DNA from: Alphaproteobacteria bacterium
Lineage (GTDB): Bacteria > Pseudomonadota > Alphaproteobacteria > UBA828
NCBI GenBank assembly: GCA_965243315.1
Contig: CBDEUP010000007.1
Location: forward strand, 2,343,500 to 2,407,499
Direction of reading: 5' to 3'
Length of the DNA: 64,000 nt
Both the position numbers and the translations under genes were made by a program. This document shows, piece by piece, positions 41,867 to 51,547 of this stretch. The notes beneath the pieces were generated by a model, which was not told the origin of the DNA, made no database searches, and worked only from the letters and a program-made list of their open reading frames with translations. The first letter of the stretch is position 1. Every line of letters starts with the position of its first letter.

Positions 41867-43801
41867 ATGGTGGACGTGCAGATCGAGCGGCCGACCACGT
41901 CCGTCACGGACGATGCGGCGGCGCTCGCCGACCCCGGCGTCTCGCTGGAGCGCGGCGTCGTGGCGTTGCGCGCGGCGCTGGGGACGATGCCGGCAGGCGC
42001 CGGCGTCTACTGCATGCGCGACCGGCACGAGAAGCCGCTCTACGTCGGCAAGGCCAAGAGCCTGAAGAAGCGGGTCGCGACCTACGTCAACGTCCGCACG
42101 CTCTCCGTCCGCCTGCAGCGCATGATCGCCGCCACGGCCTCGGTCGAGGTAATCACCACCGAAGGCGAGGTCGAGGCGCTCCTACTCGAAAGCAACCTGA
42201 TCAAGCGGCTCAAGCCGCACTACAACATCCTGCTCCGGGACGACAAGTCGTTCCCCTACATCCTGCTCCGCCGGGGCCACAACTGGCCGCAGATCACGAA
42301 ATACCGGGGTGCCAAGAGCGGGGAAGGGGACTACTTCGGCCCGTTCGCCTCGGCTGGCGCGGTGGACCTCACGATCAACGCGCTGCAACGCGCGTTCCCG
42401 TTGCGCTCGTGCTCGGATTCGGTGCTGGAGAGCCGCACCCGGCCCTGCCTGCAGTACCAGATCAAGCGCTGCACCGCGCCCTGCGTCGGCCGCATCAGCA
42501 AGGTTGACTACGACGGGCTGGTGGAGGAGGCGCGGGCCTTCCTCGCCGGACGCAGCCGGGAGGTTCAGCACCGCCTCACGCAGCGGATGACCGCCGCGAG
42601 CGATGCGCTGGAATTCGAGACGGCCGCAGCCTACCGCGACCGCATCAAGGCCCTTGCCCACATCCAGATGCGCCAGGGCATCAACCTGCCCTCCATGGGC
42701 GATGCCGATGTCGTCGCCATCCACGACGAGGCGGGCCAGGCCTGTGTGCAGGTCTTTTTCTTCCGCTCCGGGCAGAATTACGGCAACCGGGCGTTCTTCC
42801 CGCGCCACGCGGCGGATGAGCCGGCCGAGGCGATCCTCCGCGCCTTCATCGGGCAATTCTACAGCGCGCGGGAGGCGCCGCCGCTGGTCCTGGTGAACCG
42901 GCCGCTGGCGGAGGCTCCGCTGCTCGCCGAGGCGCTCACGCTCAAGGCGGAGCGGCGAGTGAGGCTGCATCGCCCGCAGCGCGGCGAAAAGCGCAAGCTG
43001 GTCGAGGACGCCGAGCGCAACGCGCGGGAGGCGCTTGCCCGCAGGCTCGGCGAGAGCACGGCGCAGCGGCGCCTGCTGGAGGCCCTGGCTCAGAAGTTCG
43101 GGCTGGAGGGCACCCCCGACCGAATCGAGGTCTACGACAACAGCCACATCTCGGGCACCGATGCGGTCGGCAGCCTGATCGTCGCGGGGCCAGAGGGCTT
43201 CATCAAGAACGGCTATCGCAAGTTCACGATCCGGTCTGCGGCGGCACCGGACCCGGCTGCGCCCGGCGATGACTATGCCATGATGCGGGAAGTGCTAACC
43301 CGCCGCTTCTCCCGCCTGATCAAGGAGGACCCCGGCCGTGCCGGCGAGTCGTGGCCGGACCTGGTGCTGATCGACGGCGGCGTGGGACAGCTGAGCGAGG
43401 CGCGGCGGGTGTTCGCCGATCTCGGCATCGCCGACCTCGCCGTCGCGGCCATCGCAAAGGGGCCGGATCGCAACGCCGGCCGTGAGCGCATCTTCCTGCC
43501 CGACAGGCCGCCAATCTCGCTCGGCACGCGCGACCCGCTGCTCTACTTCCTGCAACGCCTGCGGGACGAGGCGCATCGCTTCGCCATCGGCACCCATCGT
43601 GCCAAGCGCGCCAAGGCGCGCGTCCGGTCGGCGCTTGACGAGATTCCGGGCATCGGCCCCCGGCGCAAGAAGGCGCTGCTCCACCGCTTCGGCTCGGCAC
43701 GGGGCGTGAGCCAGGCGGGCCTCGCTGATCTCGAGACCGTGGACGGCATATCGGGCACGGTCGCGCGCGCGATCCATGACCACTTCCGCGCCGATCGCTG
43801 A
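41867..43801 (+). CDS. uvrC: excinuclease ABC subunit C
   Basis: ATG at 41867 gives 644 aa. GIY-YIG region GVYCMRDRHEKPLYVGKAKSLKKRV, a UVR-like segment, and C-terminal HhH ...IPGIGPRRKKALLHRFGS.... Confidence 0.95.
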   Translation: MVDVQIERPTTSVTDDAAALADPGVSLERGVVALRAALGTMPAGAGVYCMRDRHEKPLYVGKAKSLKKRVATYVNVRTLSVRLQRMIAATASVEVITTEGEVEALLLESNLIKRLKPHYNILLRDDKSFPYILLRRGHNWPQITKYRGAKSGEGDYFGPFASAGAVDLTINALQRAFPLRSCSDSVLESRTRPCLQYQIKRCTAPCVGRISKVDYDGLVEEARAFLAGRSREVQHRLTQRMTAASDALEFETAAAYRDRIKALAHIQMRQGINLPSMGDADVVAIHDEAGQACVQVFFFRSGQNYGNRAFFPRHAADEPAEAILRAFIGQFYSAREAPPLVLVNRPLAEAPLLAEALTLKAERRVRLHRPQRGEKRKLVEDAERNAREALARRLGESTAQRRLLEALAQKFGLEGTPDRIEVYDNSHISGTDAVGSLIVAGPEGFIKNGYRKFTIRSAAAPDPAAPGDDYAMMREVLTRRFSRLIKEDPGRAGESWPDLVLIDGGVGQLSEARRVFADLGIADLAVAAIAKGPDRNAGRERIFLPDRPPISLGTRDPLLYFLQRLRDEAHRFAIGTHRAKRAKARVRSALDEIPGIGPRRKKALLHRFGSARGVSQAGLADLETVDGISGTVARAIHDHFRADR

Positions 43802-43841
43802 GGGCGCCGGGGCGCTGGAGCCCGTGCCGGAGGCCGATCTG

Positions 43842-44426
43842 ATGCGTGTAGCGAGCTGGCCCAACGCGGTCACGGGGCTTCGCATCGTCATGGTCCCAGT
43901 GCTCGTCGGATCGTTCTTCATTGCCGGCGCGAGCGGGCTCTGGCTCGGCTTCGCGGTCTTCGCCGCGGCGGCGCTTAGCGACTTTTTCGACGGCTGGCTG
44001 GCACGCAGACTCGATCAGCATTCGCTATTGGGGCGCATCCTCGATCCCATCGCCGACAAGCTCCTGGTGGCGGCGGCGCTGGTCATGCTCGCCACCGACG
44101 GCCGCGCGCCGGTGATCGCCGTGGTGGCGATCCTCGCACGCGAACTCCTGATTTCCGGACTTCGGGAGGCGCTCGCCGGCAAGGTGGCGCTCCCGGTCCA
44201 GCCGTTGGCCAAGTGGAAGACCGCCGCGCAGATGGTCGCCATCGCCCTGCTGCTGCTGGCGCCGGCCATCGCGCCCTGGCTCACCGAGGCCACAGGCACC
44301 GGGCTTACCCACGCCGGCGAAGGGTTGCTGTGGCTCGCAGTGGTACTGACCTGGGCCAGCGCGATCGGCTATGTTCGGGCAAGCGTGCGCGGCCTGCGAG
44401 CCGCGCGCCCCAAGCAGGAGGAGTAG
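43842..44426 (+). CDS. pgsA: CDP-diacylglycerol--glycerol-3-phosphate 3-phosphatidyltransferase
   Basis: CDP-alcohol phosphatidyltransferase motif DFFDGWLARRLDQHSLLGRILDPIADK. The start is ambiguous: ATG at 43842, or at 43776 overlapping the uvrC end. Confidence 0.9.
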   Translation: MRVASWPNAVTGLRIVMVPVLVGSFFIAGASGLWLGFAVFAAAALSDFFDGWLARRLDQHSLLGRILDPIADKLLVAAALVMLATDGRAPVIAVVAILARELLISGLREALAGKVALPVQPLAKWKTAAQMVAIALLLLAPAIAPWLTEATGTGLTHAGEGLLWLAVVLTWASAIGYVRASVRGLRAARPKQEE

Positions 44427-44975
44427 GTGCGCCGGTTCGGGGTCACGGGGCTGAGCGACAGCGGCAAGACCACACTGGTGTGCCGGCTGCTGCCGCAGCT
44501 GCGCGCACGGGGCCTGCGCGTCGCCACCGTGAAGCATGCCCACCACGGCTTCGATCTGCTGCCCGAGGGACATCCCGCACGGGCGTGGCGTGCGGCCGGC
44601 GCCCGCGACATCGTGCTGGCGGGGCTGGATCGCTTCGCCCATCTCCGCGAAACGGGCGACGACGGCGAGCCGCCCCTGGACCGACTGCTCGAGCAATTGG
44701 AGCCGGCCGACCTCGTGCTGATCGAGGGCTACAAGCGGGGCGGCCACGACAAGATCGAGGTGCGCCGCGGCGCGGGCGATGAACCGCTCCTTGCGGCTGC
44801 GGACCCCACTGTCGTCGCCATCGCCAGCGACCGGCCCGTGCCGGAGGCGGCCACTCTCGGGCGCGCGGTGCCGGTATTCGACATCGACGACGTGGCGGCA
44901 ATCGCCTCGTTCGTGGTGTCGCACTGCGGCGCCGCGGAGAGCGACGAACCGATGTTGGCCCATGGCACAGCTTAG
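44427..44975 (+). CDS. mobB: molybdopterin-guanine dinucleotide biosynthesis adaptor protein MobB
   Basis: 182 aa with a GTG start. P-loop GLSDSGKTTL and ...ATVKHAHHGFD... are typical of MobB. Confidence 0.88.
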   Translation: MRRFGVTGLSDSGKTTLVCRLLPQLRARGLRVATVKHAHHGFDLLPEGHPARAWRAAGARDIVLAGLDRFAHLRETGDDGEPPLDRLLEQLEPADLVLIEGYKRGGHDKIEVRRGAGDEPLLAAADPTVVAIASDRPVPEAATLGRAVPVFDIDDVAAIASFVVSHCGAAESDEPMLAHGTA

Positions 44976-46218
44976 CGACGACTGCTTCGCATTCGGCGGT
45001 GCACTGACTCCAGCGGCGGACGCGCTCGCGCAGCTCGAGAGCGTCGTCCACCCCATCGCAGAGACCGAGACCGTGGGCCTGAAGGCGGCGAACGGGCGCA
45101 TCCTGGCGGAGACCGTGATCTCCGAACGCGCGGTGCCTCCGCACGACAATGCCGCCGTCGACGGCTACGCGGTCTTCTTCGACGATCTCAATGCCGCAGA
45201 CGACACGCGCCTGCCCTGCACCGGGCGGGTTGCGGCCGGGCACCCCCTTGGACGACCCGCCGAGAGGGGCGAGGCGATCCGGGTCTTCACCGGCGCACCG
45301 ATGCCGCCTGGTCCCGATACCGTGTTGATGCAGGAGGACTGCCGCGTGGACGGCGATGCGGTCATCGTGCCGCCCGGCATCAAGCGCGGCGCCAACCGGC
45401 GGAACGCAGGGGAGGACATCGCGCCCGGCACGACCATCCTCACCGCAGGCCGAGCGCTCAGGCCGCAGGACGTGGGCCTCGCCGCCTCCATCGGACGCAC
45501 CGAGCTCACGGTCTTCCGGCGGCTCAGGGTGGCGATCTTCTCCACCGGCGACGAGGTCTATGAGCCGGGCGCGGCGCTCGGCGAGGGCGGCATCTACGAC
45601 TCCAACCGCTACGTCATCGCCGGCCTCGCGGAGCGGCTAGGCTGCGCCGTCACCGACATGGGCATCCTGCCCGACAGGCTTGACGCGATCACCGACGCGC
45701 TGGCCGAGCGGAGCCGCGACCACGACCTGCTGCTGACCTCCGGCGGGATGTCGACCGGCGACGAGGACCACGTGAAGGCTGCGGTGGAGGCCCTCGGCCA
45801 TCTTCACTTCTGGCGCCTCGCCATCCGGCCGGGGCGGCCCATCGCCTTGGGCCAGGTCGGGCGCGTGCCCTTCATCGGACTGCCCGGCAACCCGGTAGCC
45901 GTCATGGTCACTTTCCTGCGCTTCGCGCGCCCGCTGATCCTGCGCCTCGGCGGCTGCACCGAGGTGGAGCCCGCGCACTATCGGGTGCCGGCGGGGTTCG
46001 ATTACAAGAAGAAGCGGGGGCGGCGAGAATGGCTGCGAGCGCGGCTCTCGACGCAGCCGGACGGCACCCTCGGGGCGGAGAAGTTCGCCCGAGACGGCGC
46101 CGGGATACTCACGTCGGCTGTCTTCGCCGACGGGTTGATCGAGCTGCCGGAAGACCTCACCTCGCTTAGCGCGGGCACGATGGTGGACTTTCTCCCGTTC
46201 AACGAGATGTACCGATGA
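44962..46218 (+). CDS. moeA: molybdopterin molybdotransferase MoeA
   Basis: ATG at 44962 gives 418 aa. ...PPHDNAAVDGYAV..., ...LLLTSGGMSTGDEDHV... and ...GLPGNPVAVMVTF... are MoeA hallmarks. Confidence 0.92.
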   Translation: MAQLSDDCFAFGGALTPAADALAQLESVVHPIAETETVGLKAANGRILAETVISERAVPPHDNAAVDGYAVFFDDLNAADDTRLPCTGRVAAGHPLGRPAERGEAIRVFTGAPMPPGPDTVLMQEDCRVDGDAVIVPPGIKRGANRRNAGEDIAPGTTILTAGRALRPQDVGLAASIGRTELTVFRRLRVAIFSTGDEVYEPGAALGEGGIYDSNRYVIAGLAERLGCAVTDMGILPDRLDAITDALAERSRDHDLLLTSGGMSTGDEDHVKAAVEALGHLHFWRLAIRPGRPIALGQVGRVPFIGLPGNPVAVMVTFLRFARPLILRLGGCTEVEPAHYRVPAGFDYKKKRGRREWLRARLSTQPDGTLGAEKFARDGAGILTSAVFADGLIELPEDLTSLSAGTMVDFLPFNEMYR

Positions 46219-46475
46219 CGCTGCTCTATTTCGCCTGGGTGCGGGAGCGGATCGGCCTCGATACGGAAGAGATCGCGCTTCCCGCCGATGTGCAGACCGT
46301 GGCGGCGTTGCTCGACTGGCTGCGGAGCCGCGGCAGCGGCTATGCCAGCGCGCTCGAAGACCTCTCAGTCATCCGCGTCGCGGTCAATCAGGAGTTCGCC
46401 ACACCAGATCGCGCCGTTGCCGATGACGACGAGGTCGCGCTGTTCCCGCCGGTGACGGGCGGAGGTCGGCCGTGA
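46215..46475 (+). CDS. moaD: molybdopterin synthase sulfur-carrier subunit MoaD (C-terminus GGGRP)
   Basis: 86 aa, ThiS/MoaD-like, ending ...LFPPVTGGGRP. 4-nt overlaps with moeA and moaE. Confidence 0.88.
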   Translation: MTLLYFAWVRERIGLDTEEIALPADVQTVAALLDWLRSRGSGYASALEDLSVIRVAVNQEFATPDRAVADDDEVALFPPVTGGGRP

Positions 46476-46936
46476 TCCGCGTCCAGCGCGAGGACTTCGA
46501 CATCGGCGCCGAGATCGAGGCGCTCGCGGGCGGCAGGGACGATATTGGTGCCGTTGCATCGTTCGTCGGCATCACCCGCGCCGACGCGGGCAAGGACCCC
46601 GGCGACACGGTCACCGCGATGACGCTGGAGCACTACCCGTCAATGACAGAGAAGCAGCTCGCGGACATCGAGGCTGAGGCGTGCCGGCGCTGGAACCTCA
46701 CCGCGTCGCTGATCGTCCACCGCTACGGTCGACTCGAGCCCGGCGACCGGATTGTGCTCGTGGTGACTGCGGCGGCACATCGCCGCGCAGCGCTCGATGC
46801 CTGCGCCTTCCTCATCGACTGGCTCAAGACCAAGGCGCCGTTCTGGAAGCGCGAGGAGACCGCCGACGGCGAGCGCTGGGTCGAGGCACGCGCTGCCGAC
46901 GACCGGGCTGCCGAGCGCTGGCACAGCGGGTCATAA
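46472..46936 (+). CDS. moaE: molybdopterin synthase catalytic subunit MoaE
   Basis: 154 aa with a GTG start. ...GAVASFVGITR...LEHYPSMTEKQL...DWLKTKAPFWKRE... is MoaE-like. Confidence 0.92.
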   Translation: MIRVQREDFDIGAEIEALAGGRDDIGAVASFVGITRADAGKDPGDTVTAMTLEHYPSMTEKQLADIEAEACRRWNLTASLIVHRYGRLEPGDRIVLVVTAAAHRRAALDACAFLIDWLKTKAPFWKREETADGERWVEARAADDRAAERWHSGS

Positions 46937-46998
46937 TCCGGCTACCGAACCCTCAAACAACGAAACGCCTGCTCGTCACAGTTAGCACCCCAGTTCTC

Positions 46999-47943
46999 AT
47001 GTCGGTTGTTGAGCGAATTTTGGTTATCAAGCACGGCGCGCTCGGGGATTGGGTCCTCGCCACCGGGTGCTTCGCAGCGATCCGCCGCCATCATCCGTCT
47101 GCACGCATCACCCTGCTGACAACGCCGGCATTCGCCGAGTTGGGCGGACGTTGCGGCTGGTTCGACGAAGTATGGACGGACGAACGTCCGAGCATTCTGG
47201 CGGATCCCCTGGCGTGGATCAGGTTACGCAGACGCCTGATCGAAGGTGAGTTCCTGCGCGTCTACGACCTCCAGACATCGAGCCGCACCGGGCATTACTT
47301 TCGCATGCTGCCGCGCCGAAGCCGGCCCGAATGGTCGGGGATCGCCGCTGGCTGCTCGCATCCGCATCGCAATCCCCAACGGCCGTTCATGCACACGCTG
47401 GAGCGTCAGGCGGAACAGCTCGGCGTTGCCGGCATCGAGAACGTGCCGTCACCCAACCTCGACTGGCTCCACGACGATATCGACGGAATGGTGCCACCCG
47501 GCGCCTTCTCGCTGATCGTGCCGGGGGGGTCGGCACACCGGCCGGAAAAGCGCTGGCCGCTCAAGCGCTTTGCCCACCTTGCGCAGCTCCTGTCCGCACG
47601 CGGCACGTCTCCGGTTCTGATCGGCGCGGCAGCCGAGGCGTCGGTCCTGGACGAAATCTCGTGGCTCGCACCCGGCGCGATCAGCCTGGGCAGTCGCACC
47701 AGCCTGGGTCAGATTGCGGCCTTGGCGCGGCGCGCGGCGTGCGCCGTGGGCAACGACACAGGTCCCATCCATATCGCCGCCGCGGTCGGCTGCCCCACCG
47801 TCGCGCTGTTCGGCGCCGCCTCCGACCCCATCCAATACGGGCCGCGCGGAGAGTCAGTCGAAATCCTGCGCTGTATGCCGCTCGCGGACCTACCGGTTGT
47901 CGACGTCATCGCCGCCGCCGAGCGGATAGCCTCCCGAGCCTGA
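46999..47943 (+). CDS. glycosyltransferase family 9 (heptosyltransferase-like)
   Basis: ATG at 46999 gives 314 aa. ...ILVIKHGALGDWVL... and ...GNDTGPIHIAAAVGCPTVALFG... match the GT9 pattern. Confidence 0.82.
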   Translation: MSVVERILVIKHGALGDWVLATGCFAAIRRHHPSARITLLTTPAFAELGGRCGWFDEVWTDERPSILADPLAWIRLRRRLIEGEFLRVYDLQTSSRTGHYFRMLPRRSRPEWSGIAAGCSHPHRNPQRPFMHTLERQAEQLGVAGIENVPSPNLDWLHDDIDGMVPPGAFSLIVPGGSAHRPEKRWPLKRFAHLAQLLSARGTSPVLIGAAAEASVLDEISWLAPGAISLGSRTSLGQIAALARRAACAVGNDTGPIHIAAAVGCPTVALFGAASDPIQYGPRGESVEILRCMPLADLPVVDVIAAAERIASRA

Positions 47944-47962
47944 CAAAACTGAGAGGCCTGAA

Positions 47963-49213
47963 TTGCCCCAGCCTGCATTGAGCAGAGGCGACGACCACGG
48001 TGAAGCGCGGGGCTTGAGCAGGCCGAGGCGACTCTTGACCGCGATCTTATGCGCGTTTGCCTTGATGTTGCCGATCGTCAGCGTCGTGGCGCCCAAGGGC
48101 ACCGTGGTGCTCTTGCTGCTCGCGGCGGCCCTCGCCGTTCCGACCCATTGGTGGGCGAACAGGCGAATCCCGGTTCCAGATTTGAGGATTGCGATTGCTC
48201 TTGCGCTATTCGTCGCGTGGTGCGCGATCGCTTCAGCCTGGAGTGTCGACACCGCACGCTCTCTTGGGCTCTTGCTCCGCATCACCGTGATCCTCGCGGC
48301 CGGCATGGTGCTGTTCCCTGTAGCGGCCGCATTGGACGAAGCGGCGAGGAGAGAGATCGGCCGATGGCTGGTCGTCGGGTTGGGTCTGGGCCTCGCTTTC
48401 GTGGCCGTGGAGACGGCGCTCGACTATCCGGTGCTTCGATTATTCAAGACGGCGGAACCCGGCAAAGAGGCGGTCTGGTTCAATCGTGGCGCTGTTGCGA
48501 TAGCGATGATTGTCTGGCCGGTGACCGCCTATCTCTGGAAGGGCAGACTTGGCTGGAAAGCCCTCTTAGTTCCCGTTTTGCTCGGAACCGCTTCCCTGTT
48601 TCTGGAAAGCGCGTCAGCGACGCTCGGTTTCGCCGCGGGCGTCGCGGTCGTACTGTTGGCGGTCATTCATTGCAGGGCCGCCCGGACGATCACCATTGCG
48701 GCAACTGTTTTGGCGTTTGTCGCAATGCCTTTCGTAGCTCTGGAATTGCACAATCATGGGTGGCACCGGGCGGACTGGCTGCCCGCATCGGCCCAGCACC
48801 GCGTCGAGATTTGGGACTTCTCCGTCCAGCGTATCGCAGAGCAACCCGTGTTCGGGTGGGGCTTCGACGGTTCCCGTCACATGGGATCGTTGTTCCCCGC
48901 ACCTAGCGACACCGGTCGCGACATCGCGGCCCTGCACCCCCATAGCGCGCCGCTGCAGGTCATGCTCGAACTCGGCGCCGTCGGCGCCGTTATCGCGCTC
49001 GCGTTACTGTGGCTCGTCGTGATGCGTTTAGACCGGGTATCCGACCTCACACGGATATTCGGGCAGGCCCAATTCGCCGCCATAATGGTCATAGGCTCCG
49101 TTTCGCATGGCGCTTGGCAAAACTGGTGGCTCGCGCTGGTCGTTTCCGCAGCCCTTATGATTCCTCTCACCGCAGAACCGAGCGAGCCCAGGGACGTGAT
49201 GGAAAACAATTGA
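47963..49213 (+). CDS. O-antigen ligase (Wzy_C) family membrane protein
   Basis: 416 aa, multi-TM, with ...HPHSAPLQVMLELGAVGAVIAL... resembling the O-antigen-ligase loop motif. The TTG start is uncertain. Confidence 0.75.
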   Translation: MPQPALSRGDDHGEARGLSRPRRLLTAILCAFALMLPIVSVVAPKGTVVLLLLAAALAVPTHWWANRRIPVPDLRIAIALALFVAWCAIASAWSVDTARSLGLLLRITVILAAGMVLFPVAAALDEAARREIGRWLVVGLGLGLAFVAVETALDYPVLRLFKTAEPGKEAVWFNRGAVAIAMIVWPVTAYLWKGRLGWKALLVPVLLGTASLFLESASATLGFAAGVAVVLLAVIHCRAARTITIAATVLAFVAMPFVALELHNHGWHRADWLPASAQHRVEIWDFSVQRIAEQPVFGWGFDGSRHMGSLFPAPSDTGRDIAALHPHSAPLQVMLELGAVGAVIALALLWLVVMRLDRVSDLTRIFGQAQFAAIMVIGSVSHGAWQNWWLALVVSAALMIPLTAEPSEPRDVMENN

Positions 49214-49299
49214 AGTGAGGGGCCCAACCTCCAAGCCGAAATGACGTGTCAGGAAATTTGCGGGAAACCCGCGCCCTCAGACAATGATGCTGCGCACTC

Positions 49300-50181
49300 C
49301 TAGTCCTGTGCGCGCACCCTCGTCGCGTAGTCCGCCATCAGAGTGCGCGTCACCGGCCCTACCTGGAAGTTGTGCTCGTCGATCGCGCCGACCGGCGTGA
49401 CCTCGGCGGCGGTGCCGGTGAGGAAAATCTCGTCGCTCTTAGGGATCTCCTCGGGCATGACGGTGCGTTCCACCACCTCGTAACCGCGCTTTTCTGCCAG
49501 CTCGATGACCGTGCGCCGGGTGATGCCGTCGAGAAAGCATTCCGGCGTCGGCGTGTGAATGACCCCGTCCTGGACGAGGAAGATGTTGGCGCCCGTGGCT
49601 TCAGAGACGTGTCCGCGCCAGTCGAGCATCAGCGCGTCGTGGCAACCCTCCCGCTCGGCTTCGTGCTTGCTGAGGGTGCAGATCATGTAGAGCCCGGCGC
49701 ATTTCGCCTTCACCGGTGCGGTATCCGGCGCCGGCCTGCGCCAGCGCGCGGTCTTCAGCTTGATGCCTCTCGTGACCGCATCTTCGCCGAAGTAGGCCGG
49801 CCACGCCCAGGCGGCGATGGCCACGTGTATCGTGTTGTGCTGCGCCGAAACGCCCATCATTTCGGCGCCGCGCCAAGCCACTGGCCGCACGTAGCCGTCG
49901 CCGATGCCGAGCCTTTCGACGACCAGCTTGGAGGCCTCCACCAGCGTCTCGCAGCTATAGGGGATCTCGAAACCCAGCGCGTCGGCGGAATCCAGGAGGC
50001 GCTGGGTGTGCTCCTCCACCTTGAAGATGCGGCCGTCGTAGACCCGTTCACCTTCGAACACGCAGCTCGCATAGTGCAGGCCGTGGCTCAGCACGTGCAG
50101 CTTCGCGTCGCGCCACGGCACCAGCGCGCCGTTGTACCAGATGTCTCCGTCGCGATCGTCGTAGGGGATGAGGTCGGCCAT
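49300..50181 (-). CDS. ilvE: branched-chain amino acid aminotransferase (class IV)
   Basis: ATG at 50181 gives 293 aa. MADLIPYDDRDGDIWYNGALVPWRDAKLHVLSHGLHYASCVFEGER... is a typical IlvE N-terminus. Confidence 0.92.
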   Translation of the reverse strand: MADLIPYDDRDGDIWYNGALVPWRDAKLHVLSHGLHYASCVFEGERVYDGRIFKVEEHTQRLLDSADALGFEIPYSCETLVEASKLVVERLGIGDGYVRPVAWRGAEMMGVSAQHNTIHVAIAAWAWPAYFGEDAVTRGIKLKTARWRRPAPDTAPVKAKCAGLYMICTLSKHEAEREGCHDALMLDWRGHVSEATGANIFLVQDGVIHTPTPECFLDGITRRTVIELAEKRGYEVVERTVMPEEIPKSDEIFLTGTAAEVTPVGAIDEHNFQVGPVTRTLMADYATRVRAQD

Positions 50182-50254
50182 GGCGCTCACGGATGGTCGG
50201 CGGGTGGTCAGAAAGCTGTTGCGCTCCCTATCATCGGCCTGCATATAAGTCAAC

Positions 50255-50737
50255 GTGACTGACATAAAGGCCGGGCCGAATCCCCTCTATCTGCGTGAAG
50301 ACCAGCTTCACGAGGCGATGGAGCTGCTATTCTTCGCCTATCGGGATTTTACGACCGAATGCGATGCGATCCTCGCGTCCTACGGCTTCGGGCGCGCACA
50401 TCACCGGGTCGTCTATTTCGTCGGCCGCAATCCGGACATCTCGGTCACGGCATTACTGGAAATTCTGAGGATCACCAAGCAGAGCTTGTCCCGGGTGCTC
50501 GGCCGGCTGGTGAAGGAGGGGTTCGTGACGACCCGCCAGGACCCCGCCGACGGGCGCCGCCGGTTGCTCGCCCTCACGGCGAAAGGCCGGAGTCTGGAGA
50601 GCCGCCTATCCGCGACCCAGCGGGCCCGCATCGCCAAGGCTTACCGCAGCGCGGGCGGCGTCGCCGTGGAGGGATATCGGGAGGTGTTGATGGGAATCAT
50701 CGACGAGGCTGACCGGCGCCGCTTCGACCGGCCCTGA
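50255..50737 (+). CDS. MarR-family transcriptional regulator
   Basis: 160 aa with a GTG start. Winged-helix segment ...SVTALLEILRITKQSLSRVLGRLVKEGFV...DGRRRLLALTAKG.... Confidence 0.85.
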   Translation: MTDIKAGPNPLYLREDQLHEAMELLFFAYRDFTTECDAILASYGFGRAHHRVVYFVGRNPDISVTALLEILRITKQSLSRVLGRLVKEGFVTTRQDPADGRRRLLALTAKGRSLESRLSATQRARIAKAYRSAGGVAVEGYREVLMGIIDEADRRRFDRP

Positions 50738-50782
50738 GGCTGGCGTGTCAAATCGGCCTCTTCGTCGGGGGACGATGCGTCG

Positions 50783-51517
50783 ATGAATGGCGAGGGCCCT
50801 GCGGCCGACACTGCCCACCGGGAGGCGCCTCCGGCCGAGGCAGAGCACATCCTGGTGGTGGACGACGACGACCGCATACGCACGCTGCTCGGCCGCTACC
50901 TGCGTGACAACGGCTATCACGTCTCCACCGCGAACTCGGCAGCGGAGGCGTGGGCCAAGCTCGATGGCATGACGTTCGACCTGATCGTTCTCGACGTGAT
51001 GATGCCGGGCGAGTCGGGCGTCGAATTCACGCGCGGGCTGCGTCGCTCGGACGCGGTTCCGGTCCTGCTGCTCACGGCCATGACCGAGCCGGAAGACCGC
51101 ATCGCGGGACTGGAGAGCGGCGCCGACGACTATCTGACCAAGCCCTTCGAGCCACGCGAGCTGCTGCTGCGCGTCGCCACCATCCTGCGGCGCACCGCGG
51201 CTGCGCCCCCTGCGACGCCCGAGACCTGCGTCGTGATGGGGGAAGTCCGCTATTTTCCGGCGCGGGATCAGCTCCTGCGGGGCGACGAGCCGGTACGGCT
51301 GACCACGGCGGAGGCCGACCTCCTCCGCGTCTTCGCTGCCAATCCGGGAGAAACGATGAGCCGGCACGCGCTCAGCGAGCATCTCGGCGGCGGCGCCTCG
51401 CGCCGCGCGATCGACGTGCAAATCGCCCGGCTGAGGCGCAAGATCGAGCCGGAGCCCCAGAATCCGCGTTACCTGCAGACCGTCTGGGGCCGGGGCTATG
51501 TGCTGCGAACCGATTGA
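50783..51517 (+). CDS. OmpR/PhoB-family response regulator
   Basis: 244 aa. Receiver domain (HILVVDDDDRI...DLIVLDVMMPG...) plus a winged-helix output domain (...RRKIEPEPQNPRYLQTVWGRGYVL). Confidence 0.93.
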   Translation: MNGEGPAADTAHREAPPAEAEHILVVDDDDRIRTLLGRYLRDNGYHVSTANSAAEAWAKLDGMTFDLIVLDVMMPGESGVEFTRGLRRSDAVPVLLLTAMTEPEDRIAGLESGADDYLTKPFEPRELLLRVATILRRTAAAPPATPETCVVMGEVRYFPARDQLLRGDEPVRLTTAEADLLRVFAANPGETMSRHALSEHLGGGASRRAIDVQIARLRRKIEPEPQNPRYLQTVWGRGYVLRTD

Positions 51518-51547
51518 GTCGCGGCGTCCGCCGGGGGAGCGTTCGCC

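Noticed and set aside
49270-49282. GCGGG-AAA-CCCGC hairpin between the convergent O-antigen-ligase-like gene and ilvE as a bidirectional terminator.
   Set aside because: The stem is only 5 bp, and neither side has a clean U-tract directly after it. This is too weak to call.
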